Assembly: GCA_965200965.1 (NCBI GenBank)
Contig: OZ241744.1
Location: forward strand, 1,248,001 to 1,312,000
DNA: 64,000 nucleotides
Source of the DNA: an uncultured Candidatus Binatia bacterium
Lineage (GTDB): Bacteria; Desulfobacterota; Binatia; Bin18
Reading direction: 5' to 3'
In this document: in pieces, positions 54,543-63,782 of the stretch
How the letters are laid out: every line of letters begins with the position of its first letter
How positions within the stretch are numbered: the first letter of the stretch is position 1
Translations under genes and position numbers: made by a program
The notes under the pieces: model-generated
The model's input: the letters and a program-made list of their open reading frames with translations, nothing else
Databases searched by the model: none
What the model was told of the DNA's origin: nothing

Positions 54543-54970
54543 CGCTTCACCACCTTTGAAGCAATACCTCCTATGATAAGGGCCACTCCCAGCGTTAGCA
54601 ATATCCACCCATACGACCTGCCCGGCGACCATAGGGAAGGGGTGAGACCAATCAGCGCCGCGCCGACAGTTAAGCACCCTCCAAATATGATATCCTGCGC
54701 GATATTAGTCTTTAACTTTTCGTCTAGCACCGCGGCTCTTTTATCTGCTGCGTGGTATGAATTCTGGATATCTCTCAGATTTCCGTTTTCTTCTTCAAGG
54801 CGATCTATCTCAGCTATTAGCAAACGTTGCGTCGCTGGTGAGGATAGTTCTTCATCTGATAACTGGCGACGGATATTCTCGAATGCTTTTCTAGGTTTTC
54901 CTTTGGTCTGAGGGAGACCAGCCTCTCCCCCAGTATCCTCTGTAATTTCCTGGCTATCTTTCTCAGACAT
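54539..54970 (-). CDS. Hypothetical coiled-coil protein with two C-terminal TM helices, low GC
   Basis: Coiled coil LLIAEIDRLEEEN..VLDEKLK, then two hydrophobic segments. Confidence 0.75.
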   Translation of the reverse strand: MSEKDSQEITEDTGGEAGLPQTKGKPRKAFENIRRQLSDEELSSPATQRLLIAEIDRLEEENGNLRDIQNSYHAADKRAAVLDEKLKTNIAQDIIFGGCLTVGAALIGLTPSLWSPGRSYGWILLTLGVALIIGGIASKVVKR

Positions 54971-55155
54971 TTAACGCCCTACATTACTGCTTTCATCATT
55001 ATAACGCCTCAAGCACCAGCCCGTCCTTTTATTGGCCTCGTGCGCTTGCATATCGCGCAACACCACCTCCCCATAATTGGGCAAACGAGTTGGCGGAATG
55101 TCAGCCCCCAGGTTTTCTGCTTGGACACTACATAGAGACATCTCTCTCCCCGCCT

Positions 55156-56319
55156 CTATCCCTCTCGCGCCAGCCGCAGGGCCGCCTCATACACCATGCT
55201 GAGCGGCACATCGTGCTCCCGCGCGCAGCGTTTGCAGTCTTCATATTCAGGGGCGATGTGGATGCGCCCGTCCGGTCGGTGGGCCAGCTTGAGGCCCACC
55301 CGCCCATAGGGGGTCTCAAGGTCTCTGTGTTCGCGCCGCAACGCCAGCCGCTCAACCGGATAGACGCGGATGCCCAGGGTTGAGGTCTCGGCAAAAAGCA
55401 GCCCGCTCAGGCGTTCCCGGTCGGCGACCTCACACAACACCCACAGCAGAATCCCGGGCCGGTTCTTCTTCATGTGGATGGGACACAAAAAGACATCGCG
55501 CGCGCCCGCGGCCAGCGCCCGCTCCATGATATGCTCGTAGAACTCGGGGTTGAGATCGTCAATGTTGGTCTCCAAGACCAGCAGATGATCGGTCCGGGGC
55601 GGCTGATGGCTGTGACCAAGGACCACCCGCAGGACATTCGGACGATCGTCCAGCGTCCGCTCCCCCGCCCCATAGCCGACCGCCTCAATCTGTACGGCGG
55701 GAATGGTTCCAGGCTGGGCGACCGCGGAAAGAATTGCCGCGCCGGTCGGTGTCACCAACTCACTCTGGCCGTCAGCCAAACCCACCGGGAAGCCCTTGAG
55801 GAGTTCAAGCGTGGCCGGCCCAGGAACAGGCAGGATGCCGTGACGCGAGGCCACCAGCCCGCTGCCCAGCGGCAGGGGCGAGACATACACCTGCTCAACG
55901 CCCAGCGCGTGCAGACCGAACGCAGCTCCGACAATATCGACAATCGAATCAACCGCCCCGACCTCATGAAAATGAACCTCTTCGGGCGGGACGCCGTGGA
56001 TGCGGCCCTCGGCTTGGGCCAGGAGGGTAAAAATCCGTAGCGCCGTCTCTTTGACCTGGGGGCGCAAGGCGCTCGCCTGGAGCATATCGGCAAGAGCGCG
56101 AAAGCTGCGCTCGCCCTGCGGCTGCTGGACCTCAACCGCGAATTTCGTCGCCTGAATACCGCTGAGTTGGCGCACGGTCTGACGCAGGCGATAGCCCCTC
56201 AGATCGAGGCTCTCCAGCTCCTGCCGCACGGCCTCAAGCGATACGCCCAGATGCAGCAAGGCCCCGACCGTCATATCGCCACTGATCCCGGCAAAGGCGT
56301 CGAAATAGGCGATTTTCAT
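55156..56319 (-). CDS. larC: Nickel-pincer cofactor biosynthesis protein LarC
   Basis: FAGISGDM, VHFHEVGAVDSIVD, PVPGPAT, ELVTPTGAA, ETNIDD, MKKNRPG, PEYED. Confidence 0.93.
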   Translation of the reverse strand: MKIAYFDAFAGISGDMTVGALLHLGVSLEAVRQELESLDLRGYRLRQTVRQLSGIQATKFAVEVQQPQGERSFRALADMLQASALRPQVKETALRIFTLLAQAEGRIHGVPPEEVHFHEVGAVDSIVDIVGAAFGLHALGVEQVYVSPLPLGSGLVASRHGILPVPGPATLELLKGFPVGLADGQSELVTPTGAAILSAVAQPGTIPAVQIEAVGYGAGERTLDDRPNVLRVVLGHSHQPPRTDHLLVLETNIDDLNPEFYEHIMERALAAGARDVFLCPIHMKKNRPGILLWVLCEVADRERLSGLLFAETSTLGIRVYPVERLALRREHRDLETPYGRVGLKLAHRPDGRIHIAPEYEDCKRCAREHDVPLSMVYEAALRLAREG

Positions 56320-56693
56320 GGCGCTCTCTTTTGACCGGGAGCATCGCCAGACGTTTCAGACGGAACGACTCTCACTGCCACCAAGTACAAAGTCTGGGGT
56401 GTCCGCTCCAGCGTGAAGCGGACGCGCTGGCCGGGCACACAGACATCGGCCAGCGCCGGGGCGCGCAGCGCAAAACTGTTTGTTTTTGCTGGAAAGAAAC
56501 CGGGGATCGCCTCATGCGCAATCACCACCCGCTGGTCATGGCGCACGACCTGTTTCACCTCTCCATAGCCGACAAACACATCGGGCGGCGGGAGCGGCTC
56601 GCAGGCCGAGCCGCCGAGCGCAGCGAGCAGAAGCCCCAAACGCCAGACCCTCAGGCCGTCCAGACCTGAGGCGGTCCGTCGCTGGCTGGACAT
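56316..56693 (-). CDS. CusF-like OB-fold lipoprotein
   Basis: Lipobox GSAC; GEVK..VVIAHEAIPGF.PA.T..F..GQRVRFTL. Confidence 0.7.
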   Translation of the reverse strand: MSSQRRTASGLDGLRVWRLGLLLAALGGSACEPLPPPDVFVGYGEVKQVVRHDQRVVIAHEAIPGFFPAKTNSFALRAPALADVCVPGQRVRFTLERTPQTLYLVAVRVVPSETSGDAPGQKRAP

Positions 56694-56709
56694 GGGACAG
56701 ACTCCCATT

Positions 56710-57024
56710 TTACTGCATGGCCGAGAACTCGGTCGGAGAGAGCAGTTTATTGATCTGGCTGAGAATGATGCCCCGCAGCCGTTTGCCGACCTCGGCGCGA
56801 CGCGGGTCGCCTGCCCACTTGGCCCATTTCTCCTGGCGTTCGTTCAGGTCCCGGTAGGCCCACAGGTGGCAGACCTCGTTGAGCTGGCCGACCTCGGTGT
56901 ACCAGAATCCCACCGGCTTGAGGCCGTGCTCGGCTACGCCGGGCAGAATCAGGGTTTTCGCCACCTCCAGATATTCCGGCAGACCGCCAAACGCGAGCTG
57001 ATATGTCCGCAGTTCATAGATCAT
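56710..57024 (-). CDS. NIPSNAP-family protein
   Basis: MIYELRTY, GFWYTEVGQLNEV.HLWAY. Confidence 0.9.
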   Translation of the reverse strand: MIYELRTYQLAFGGLPEYLEVAKTLILPGVAEHGLKPVGFWYTEVGQLNEVCHLWAYRDLNERQEKWAKWAGDPRRAEVGKRLRGIILSQINKLLSPTEFSAMQ

Positions 57025-57054
57025 GGTCACGGCTCCTTGTCACCTCAGGCCCGG

Positions 57055-57915
57055 CTACGCCAGGGCGTTCTTGGCCAGGGCGTCCAACTCGGCCAGCGCC
57101 GCGGCTTCACCGTTGTCACACTCTTGCAGCCAGATGGTAACATGGTCAACGCCCGCGTTCCGGAGTTCGGCCAGCTCTTGGCGGGTCCGAAACTTGCCAG
57201 GAAACCCAAAGGCCAGGACCTTGATTGACTGCGGGTCACGGCCCGCCTGCTCGGCCATCTCGTTCAGGCGTTGGCGGCCGGCTTTGATATCTTCGACCGG
57301 CGACAGGACCGGCATCCAGCCGTCGCCCCACTCCACCACCCGCTTGAACACATACTGCGACGATCCGCCCATGTAGACCGGCGGGTGGGGTTTCTGGACC
57401 GGCTTGGGAAAAGACCGCACGGCCGGAAAGTCATAGTATTTGCCGTGATACTCGGCCTCGTCTTGGGCCCACAGTTCCTTCATGGCCAGGACCCCATCCC
57501 TGGTCTGGCCCCAGCGGTGATCAAAATCCCCGCCCATGATCTCGGTTTCTTCTCTGAGCCAGCCGGCACCAATCCCCAGAATAAAACGTCCGCCCGACAG
57601 CCTATCCAGGGTCGCCACCTCCTTGGCCAGCAGCAGAGGATTGCGCTCAGGAATGAGGCAAATGCCAGTCCCCAACTCAATTGTGCTGGTAACTGCCGAG
57701 GCTCGGGCCAGGGCCACGAAGGGGTCCAGAATGCGCCCGTACTCGTCAGGAATAATCCCGTCCTCAGCCCCCGGATAGGGCGAGGTGGTCTGTATCGGAA
57801 TAATCGGATGCTCTGGCACCCAGTACGAGGCAAAGCCCAGCTCCTCAGTCCGCTTGGCCACAACGGCTGGATCGACAGAGCGGTCAATGGCGAACTCAAA
57901 AATCCCTATCTTCAT
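57055..57915 (-). CDS. LLM-class F420-dependent oxidoreductase (Rv2161c-like)
   Basis: YWVPEH, LDPFVAL, LAKEVATLDRLSGGRF, GAGWLREE, PKPVQKPHPP, WGDGWMP. Confidence 0.9.
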   Translation of the reverse strand: MKIGIFEFAIDRSVDPAVVAKRTEELGFASYWVPEHPIIPIQTTSPYPGAEDGIIPDEYGRILDPFVALARASAVTSTIELGTGICLIPERNPLLLAKEVATLDRLSGGRFILGIGAGWLREETEIMGGDFDHRWGQTRDGVLAMKELWAQDEAEYHGKYYDFPAVRSFPKPVQKPHPPVYMGGSSQYVFKRVVEWGDGWMPVLSPVEDIKAGRQRLNEMAEQAGRDPQSIKVLAFGFPGKFRTRQELAELRNAGVDHVTIWLQECDNGEAAALAELDALAKNALA

Positions 57916-57949
57916 ACCTGTCTCCTTGTGTGTCTCTTCTGTATACCTG

Positions 57950-58711
57950 TCATAGCAGACCGAAGCCTCTGCCGGCCAGGGCCAGACCGAGCAGCCCGCC
58001 AACAAGCGTCAGCCCTATTCCGGTCCACCCCCACTCCAGCGGATAGGGATCGGTGAGGCGGGGGCCGGTAATCCCCGGAATGCTCGGCAAATCGCCATCC
58101 CCGCCGCCAACCTTTAGCTGGGCCTTCATCCCTTTTTCCATATGGTGCGGCACATCACAGTGGACCAGATACGTCCTGCTTCCCGGCGGCACGATAAAGC
58201 CGGCAGTTTTCTGCCCTTTTCCCGCTACCTCCAGGGTGAACATCCCCTGGTCATACAGATAGCGGGGCAGGCCGTGAAGCATCCACTGGTGGCGGACCTC
58301 GTCGGTATTGATCAGGCTGACGGTGAGCTGAGTACACGGCTCGACCGCCCACTCATGCTGATCGTAGGTGAACATCGTGCCCGCAAGCGCAAATTCTTTA
58401 CCGGCGCGGACGGTGATGTGGTGTTCGCCGGCGATGCGTGGACAGCCCCGGGGCAGCTCGTCGGTGTTCTCATTCATGACCATACCGGAGGCGTCCAGCC
58501 GCATAACATGGTGCTCATGCGGCTGGTGGTCGGTGTGGGGCTGCGCCTCCATCTGGCCCTGATGGTCGGCATGGTGGTCGGTCTTCGGCTCGGCCTCCAT
58601 CTGGTGGCCGGTGTGGCCCTGAGGCGCGTGGCTGGACGGCGCGGCGTCCTGGCTCACACCCAGGGCGGGAAACACACCCACGGCAAACACGGCCAGAAAG
58701 AAGAGCGCCAC
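57950..58711 (-). CDS. Exported, C-terminally anchored cupredoxin with His-rich linker
   Basis: Signal peptide, His-rich region, RHQWMLHG and HCDVPHHMEKGM type-1 Cu motif, C-terminal TM. Confidence 0.8.
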   Translation of the reverse strand: MALFFLAVFAVGVFPALGVSQDAAPSSHAPQGHTGHQMEAEPKTDHHADHQGQMEAQPHTDHQPHEHHVMRLDASGMVMNENTDELPRGCPRIAGEHHITVRAGKEFALAGTMFTYDQHEWAVEPCTQLTVSLINTDEVRHQWMLHGLPRYLYDQGMFTLEVAGKGQKTAGFIVPPGSRTYLVHCDVPHHMEKGMKAQLKVGGGDGDLPSIPGITGPRLTDPYPLEWGWTGIGLTLVGGLLGLALAGRGFGLL

Positions 58712-58714
58712 AAG

Positions 58715-60415
58715 CTAGACTCCCTGCAAACGTCGCACCACAGCACGCAGCCCAGCCGCCAGTCCGCCGAGCAAAAGTCCGCTCAGCAGCCCAATCAGCA
58801 CCGCCCGACCCCAGTTCAGGGTCCGGCTCGTAGCCTGTCCGAGTAGACCCGAGTCGTCGAGGGTACCCCAGATCGGGACTTTCCTCTGATAGTAGGCCGG
58901 GCTGAAGAACGGCGTCCAGTCCATGCCTTGCGTCTTTGGCCAGCCGGTTTCGGCCAGGAAGGACTCGTACACAATCGCGCTGATATTGCCGCCCGGATTG
59001 ATGCCGTTGGTGGTCACGCCCTTCCCTCTGTGGTCGTGCAACAGCCACACGCCCGGTCCGTAGTTGTGGAGACCATCGTTGACCGTCCGCAGGTGCAGAT
59101 CGAGCCGTTGAGCGGGTGCCAGCCAGACTACATCACGCGTAATCTGGGCGGCCGGATTATGCTCCACACCATCGTAATGGGTAATCCTGACCTTGTGGCC
59201 GTGGGTGTGCAGAGCAATCCCCTCAACCCCCCCGTTCAGCACGCGCAGTTTCACGTTCTGGTCGGGTTTGACGACCACTAGTGACTCGCGCATGGTGTAC
59301 GGAAACGAACGGCCGTTCAGAACAAAATAATCGGGCGTCTGATCGGTACTATCATAGCCCCGGTTGGTGGCCTCGGCCAGCAACCGGGGGTCATTGGCCG
59401 TCTGAATCATTTCGTGCAGGGTCTGATCCAGGTCCTGGTAGTGCAGGTCATACTCGCGGTCGTAGGTCTGCCGGACAGCCTGCGAAGGAAAGCGCACCTG
59501 TCCGGCACCAGGGTTGAGGGTCTGGACCCAGTTGTTGGGCTGGTTTTCCTCAACCACAAACATCCCCTGTAAGCCCATCACAATATGAACGTTGGGTTGG
59601 ACATGGCAGTGATAAAACATGGTCCCGGTCTGGCGTGGCCTCAGATCATAGGTTCGACTTTGGCCCGGAAGCACCGGTGGTTCACTGGCGACAGGCACAC
59701 CGTCGTTGCCCTCTCCAGCGCTATCGACAAAGGGGTGATCGACCCCGTGCAAGTGGATCGTATGGGGCAAATAGTGGGTGTTCTCCAAGGTAAGCCGCAG
59801 GCGGTCGCCCTGTTCCACCCGAATGACCGGAGCCGGAGCACGCAGGTTGGGGTGAGCCACATCCGTGTCAAAGTTTTCGGTTGCCATGCCACGCGTTTTG
59901 GGGGCAAAGACCCACAGCCCTGGCTCCACTCCAGGGGCGATGGCATAGCGCGGAAAGGGACCTGGAATATCCGGCGAGCGGCCGTTGAGTTCGGCCACTT
60001 CAAGGCGGATATGAATCACGTCAGGGTCCCCGTCTCCGTCCCGGTCTCCGTCTTTGACGACGGTCGTGGGGGTCAGCCGGGTCTGCATCAGGACCGCCAT
60101 CGGGACATTGTTGGTGCCTCTGACAAAGGCGGCCACCTCAGCCGGATTGTCCGGCTCACACACCAGCGATTCCTCAATCGGCACCCCGGCCACGATCTGG
60201 TGTTGGCGCCAGTCTGGATGAAGATTCGGGCAAAACGGCTCGGCCGTGCCGAGCTCCATATCTGCGGTGTCCGGCGGACGCTGATACGAGGATGCTCCGA
60301 GGGCGGCATATAGAAAGTCTTGTACAGTCTGCGGCAGCCACGAGCGCGGCAGCACCAGCACCACAGCGCCGAACCAGACCAGCAGCGACACCGTCAGCAG
60401 ACGAGGCGGAAACAT
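58715..60415 (-). CDS. Two-domain multicopper oxidase, membrane anchored
   Basis: HTIHLHG, YHCHVQPNVHIVMGL (T1 in domain 1), LHTHGH, WLLHDH; N- and C-terminal hydrophobic segments. Confidence 0.88.
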   Translation of the reverse strand: MFPPRLLTVSLLVWFGAVVLVLPRSWLPQTVQDFLYAALGASSYQRPPDTADMELGTAEPFCPNLHPDWRQHQIVAGVPIEESLVCEPDNPAEVAAFVRGTNNVPMAVLMQTRLTPTTVVKDGDRDGDGDPDVIHIRLEVAELNGRSPDIPGPFPRYAIAPGVEPGLWVFAPKTRGMATENFDTDVAHPNLRAPAPVIRVEQGDRLRLTLENTHYLPHTIHLHGVDHPFVDSAGEGNDGVPVASEPPVLPGQSRTYDLRPRQTGTMFYHCHVQPNVHIVMGLQGMFVVEENQPNNWVQTLNPGAGQVRFPSQAVRQTYDREYDLHYQDLDQTLHEMIQTANDPRLLAEATNRGYDSTDQTPDYFVLNGRSFPYTMRESLVVVKPDQNVKLRVLNGGVEGIALHTHGHKVRITHYDGVEHNPAAQITRDVVWLAPAQRLDLHLRTVNDGLHNYGPGVWLLHDHRGKGVTTNGINPGGNISAIVYESFLAETGWPKTQGMDWTPFFSPAYYQRKVPIWGTLDDSGLLGQATSRTLNWGRAVLIGLLSGLLLGGLAAGLRAVVRRLQGV

Positions 60416-60512
60416 AAGGACTATATGTATGGGGAGATGGCGGCCAGGAAAAGGGGGGCTGAGCTTTTGGCAGCCTGAGCTGGCGGTCCATCCCCCCTCC
60501 CCGACCGGCGGC

Positions 60513-61769
60513 CTAGGGCAGATACTGGGGGGTGAAGCGGGTTGGGACGAGGCTTGAGCGGACCGTGACCAACTCCTGGTCGCCGGCCGCGTTCTCAAAC
60601 TGGAACACACCGGCGATATACTGCTGCGGGGCGCTGAGCGGAATCAGGCGTTCGATGCCGAATAAGGTGCTCGAAATGCTGAGTCTCAACTCTTGAGTTT
60701 CGCCCGGTTCAATCGGAACGTTGGGGTCAACGTTGAGAGGCCCAACAAAATCGCGCGGCCCTGCCGCGGCCTGCTCGTGTTCGCCGCCGTTGACAAAGCT
60801 GGCCATCGCCATCGTGTATTTCTTCACACTGATCGGGCTGTCGGCAACGTTGGTGACCCGGACGCCCATCTCCAGCGTCTCGGTCCCCTCGTCAAAGGTC
60901 GCCCCGGTCGCCCGTACCTCGGCCATTTTCGGTCCTGATGAGATGAAGTCTGGCGTGAACCAGTCGGTCTGCTGCGGCCATCTGACCGGATAGCTCGTCG
61001 TTGCGTAGGTCCAGCCGACCACCAGCATAATAAGCGCAACCCCGGCGATCACATTCATCCACATATGGTCACGCGGAGTAATGAGACCAAGGTCGGGTGC
61101 GTCGTCGTTGGGGGGAATCTGGAGGGTCACGGCCAAGTTTGTGACTGTCCGTTTGGTGAGGGTCCAGTACAGCATCCAGATGATGCCCAGCCCAAAGCCA
61201 AGAAACGACCACCAGACGACAAAGCTGCTGCCATAGCTGCTCAGTTCAATGGTCTCGCCGCTCAGCAGGGTGACCGGAAACTCAAGCGGCGTCGGGCTTG
61301 ACGCGACTGTGACCCATTCAGCCGGGCCGATAAGGGTGCCGGTTCCGTGGATGGCAATCCCGGGATGCACATGCCATTCGCCGGGTTCTTTGCCGATGAT
61401 GACCATGCGGAACTCGTACATGCCACCCTTTTCAACAAAAAATGAGCCGATTGAGGCCTCTCCGTTGACCGTTCGCTCCTTGAGCATGAATACCGGTCCG
61501 GGGACCACCGGAATGATAGAGGCAATCTCCGGGGTGTAGAGCGTGTGCGGCCAAGTCTCCAGGATCTTGACCTTACCGGTGATGGTGACCGGGTCGCCGA
61601 CCTGAATTTCGGTCGGCGACACCGAAACATCGAAAAACGCGGTCGTCAGGTTTTTCAAGAACGGCTCATCCGCGGCCTCGCCGTGGGCAAAAACCCGAGG
61701 AACGCCAATGACGGCAGTCCAGCCGAAAAGCATCAGGCTGAGCAAGACCCGTCCGGTCGGCTTAGTCAT
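60513..61769 (-). CDS. Copper membrane monooxygenase subunit B (PmoB/AmoB family)
   Basis: Signal peptide then HGE (N-terminal His), WHVHP CuB motif, LIGP, two TMs, second beta domain (PIEPGET). Confidence 0.92.
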   Translation of the reverse strand: MTKPTGRVLLSLMLFGWTAVIGVPRVFAHGEAADEPFLKNLTTAFFDVSVSPTEIQVGDPVTITGKVKILETWPHTLYTPEIASIIPVVPGPVFMLKERTVNGEASIGSFFVEKGGMYEFRMVIIGKEPGEWHVHPGIAIHGTGTLIGPAEWVTVASSPTPLEFPVTLLSGETIELSSYGSSFVVWWSFLGFGLGIIWMLYWTLTKRTVTNLAVTLQIPPNDDAPDLGLITPRDHMWMNVIAGVALIMLVVGWTYATTSYPVRWPQQTDWFTPDFISSGPKMAEVRATGATFDEGTETLEMGVRVTNVADSPISVKKYTMAMASFVNGGEHEQAAAGPRDFVGPLNVDPNVPIEPGETQELRLSISSTLFGIERLIPLSAPQQYIAGVFQFENAAGDQELVTVRSSLVPTRFTPQYLP

Positions 61770-62049
61770 TGACCAGCCTCCTCTCTACCACCCGCAGGCG
61801 TGGTTTCTGCTTGATCCGAATGGCGTCGTCGGCCTGTCCGGTCGGCTCAAGCACCGGGAGCTTGGAGTTTCGACCCGCCGGCCACAGCACAATGAGCCAG
61901 TAGCAGGCCAGACCGAGCAGGACCGCGGTGACAACAGGAGGGGCCATCTCGTCCAGACCCATACCGTGGGCCTGCCCGGGTGACGGCAGGGCGAGCAGGG
62001 CGGCTAGGCTGGCCGACCCGAGCTTGCTCCATTGCGTTGTGCTTGGCAT
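61762..62049 (-). CDS. Small single-pass membrane protein between xmoA and xmoB
   Basis: Starts 7 bp after the xmoA stop and overlaps the xmoB start by 8 bp; signal-like GQA|HGMGLDEM, TM, basic tail. Confidence 0.7.
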   Translation of the reverse strand: MPSTTQWSKLGSASLAALLALPSPGQAHGMGLDEMAPPVVTAVLLGLACYWLIVLWPAGRNSKLPVLEPTGQADDAIRIKQKPRLRVVERRLVND

Positions 62050-62056
62050 GGCGATC

Positions 62057-62860
62057 TCACAAGGTTTTCAGGTAGCGTCTGATCGGCCACACCGCCAGAT
62101 AGCGGCCAATGAACTGGCCGATCCAATACCCCGCAAAGGCGACCGTGCCGCCAAAGACCAGCGAAACATACTGGGTTTCGCCCAAGAAGCTGCGCAGCGC
62201 GCCACGCTCAATCAGGCGCAGGTACTCCGGCGTCTGTGAGCGGATATAGGCGATGCCCTGGACATCGGCGACCGTCACCACATGGTCCATGAAATGGGCC
62301 GGCTGGAGAAAGGGCGACAGGGGCACATAGTTATAGGCCCACACCGCAATCGCCCAGACGTGCGCGCCAATGAGGGAGGTCAGGATAAAGCTCCTGGTTT
62401 TCATCAGGGTCCAGTCCATCAGGATGCCGGCCCCGACAATGGAGATCGGCCACACAAAGTTCATAGGATAGGTTTGGGCCATATCCCACTGAAAATAGCG
62501 CCCTACCCAGGTCGCCAGAAACATGCAGCAGGCGGTGTAGGTTGCCCCGGTGGGGAAACGCCAAGCCACCCACTGGATATATTGCAGGGCAGACGGGATG
62601 ATGATCGTGGCAAAAGCGGTGACTACCGGCCACCACTGGGGATCTTTCCAGTCGGTCCAGAAGTCCCAGTCACCGGCGAACAACTGCTTGGTGATATCCG
62701 CCGCCCCGGCAACGACAAAGATGGCCGTGACCCAGAAGATCAGGTCCCACTTCCAATCGATCCATTTATACTTTTTTTCCAGCAGGGCCTTGAGCTCGAG
62801 CCGTTTTTGGCGTTCGGCCTCGGCTGCCAAGTCTGCTACGGGAGCTGATGCGTCTGCCAT
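62057..62860 (-). CDS. Copper membrane monooxygenase subunit A (PmoA/AmoA family)
   Basis: AGDWDFWTDWKD.QWWPVV, RFPTGAT, YPMNFVWP, ADVQG..YIRSQTPEYLRLIERG.LRSF. Confidence 0.95.
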   Translation of the reverse strand: MADASAPVADLAAEAERQKRLELKALLEKKYKWIDWKWDLIFWVTAIFVVAGAADITKQLFAGDWDFWTDWKDPQWWPVVTAFATIIIPSALQYIQWVAWRFPTGATYTACCMFLATWVGRYFQWDMAQTYPMNFVWPISIVGAGILMDWTLMKTRSFILTSLIGAHVWAIAVWAYNYVPLSPFLQPAHFMDHVVTVADVQGIAYIRSQTPEYLRLIERGALRSFLGETQYVSLVFGGTVAFAGYWIGQFIGRYLAVWPIRRYLKTL

Positions 62861-62893
62861 GCGTGCCGCCTCTCTGTGCGGGTGATGAAGCGC

Positions 62894-63733
62894 TTAGTCA
62901 GCGGCGACAGGCTGCTCAGCCGGCTGGGCCGGAGCGCCACTCTCGGCGTCTTCCTCGGCCTTCTCAATCTCGAACAGATGGACAATGGTTTCTCCCCACA
63001 CGGCGAACATCCCGCTGGCCAGCCAGCCATAAATCACAAACGGCCAGTGGAACGGCACCGAGAAAATCTCCTCGGAGATCCATAGACTGTGGCCCCATTC
63101 GTTGGCCGCCACCGCCATACATTCCAGGGCCGCGGCCGCAATCAGCAGGGCAAACGACCACGGAAACCCTTTGTCGCGGCCATAGACGCTCGGAATACGG
63201 TAGCGCCCGTACAGATAGGTTCCCACGGCCAGGACAACGGTCAGCGGGAAAAAGAAATAGAACATCGGAATGTGGGTCGGGGTCAGCGCCGTATCACGCA
63301 CCATAGTCTGATGCCACGAAGCGTCCCAGTTCGGCCAGAAGCTGGCCTCCAGATAAATGGACAGGCTGGTCACGCCGACCAAACTCCACAAAATAGCAAC
63401 TCGTCGGACCTGTTCGGACCGGGCCACCGGCTGCCCCTCTATTTCCCGACCGGTGCGGATCAACCAGCCCAACCAGAGGCCGGCAAACGCGCCGATAATG
63501 ATCAACTCCGCCCAGAACAGCGAGCGGTAGTACAGGCTGAACTCCCAACTCGCCGAGTTCAGCCCAGCCGTGAACATATACCAGTAGTTCCAGAACCACA
63601 GAAAAATGTTGGCCGCCATGACCAACCCGCAGCCCCAGAACAGCGGCTTCCAGCCAACCGACCAGTCGGTCGGATTCATTGTCGCCCTATCGCCGGTTCC
63701 AGTCGATACCGATATTGCCTGTGTTTGAGCCAT
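62894..63733 (-). CDS. Copper membrane monooxygenase subunit C (PmoC/AmoC family)
   Basis: AGLNS..EF, DASWHQTMVRDTALTPTH (D-x3-H-x12-H), NEWGHSLWISEEIFSVPFHW; GGAGG SD. Confidence 0.95.
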   Translation of the reverse strand: MAQTQAISVSTGTGDRATMNPTDWSVGWKPLFWGCGLVMAANIFLWFWNYWYMFTAGLNSASWEFSLYYRSLFWAELIIIGAFAGLWLGWLIRTGREIEGQPVARSEQVRRVAILWSLVGVTSLSIYLEASFWPNWDASWHQTMVRDTALTPTHIPMFYFFFPLTVVLAVGTYLYGRYRIPSVYGRDKGFPWSFALLIAAAALECMAVAANEWGHSLWISEEIFSVPFHWPFVIYGWLASGMFAVWGETIVHLFEIEKAEEDAESGAPAQPAEQPVAAD

Positions 63734-63782
63734 AGCCTGTCCTCCTGTCCTTGCTGATATGCTACCTTGAATCTCCCGCGTT

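Noticed and set aside
60513-63733. Assigning pmoCAB or amoCAB gene symbols
   Set aside because: The family is clear, but the substrate cannot be determined from motifs alone.
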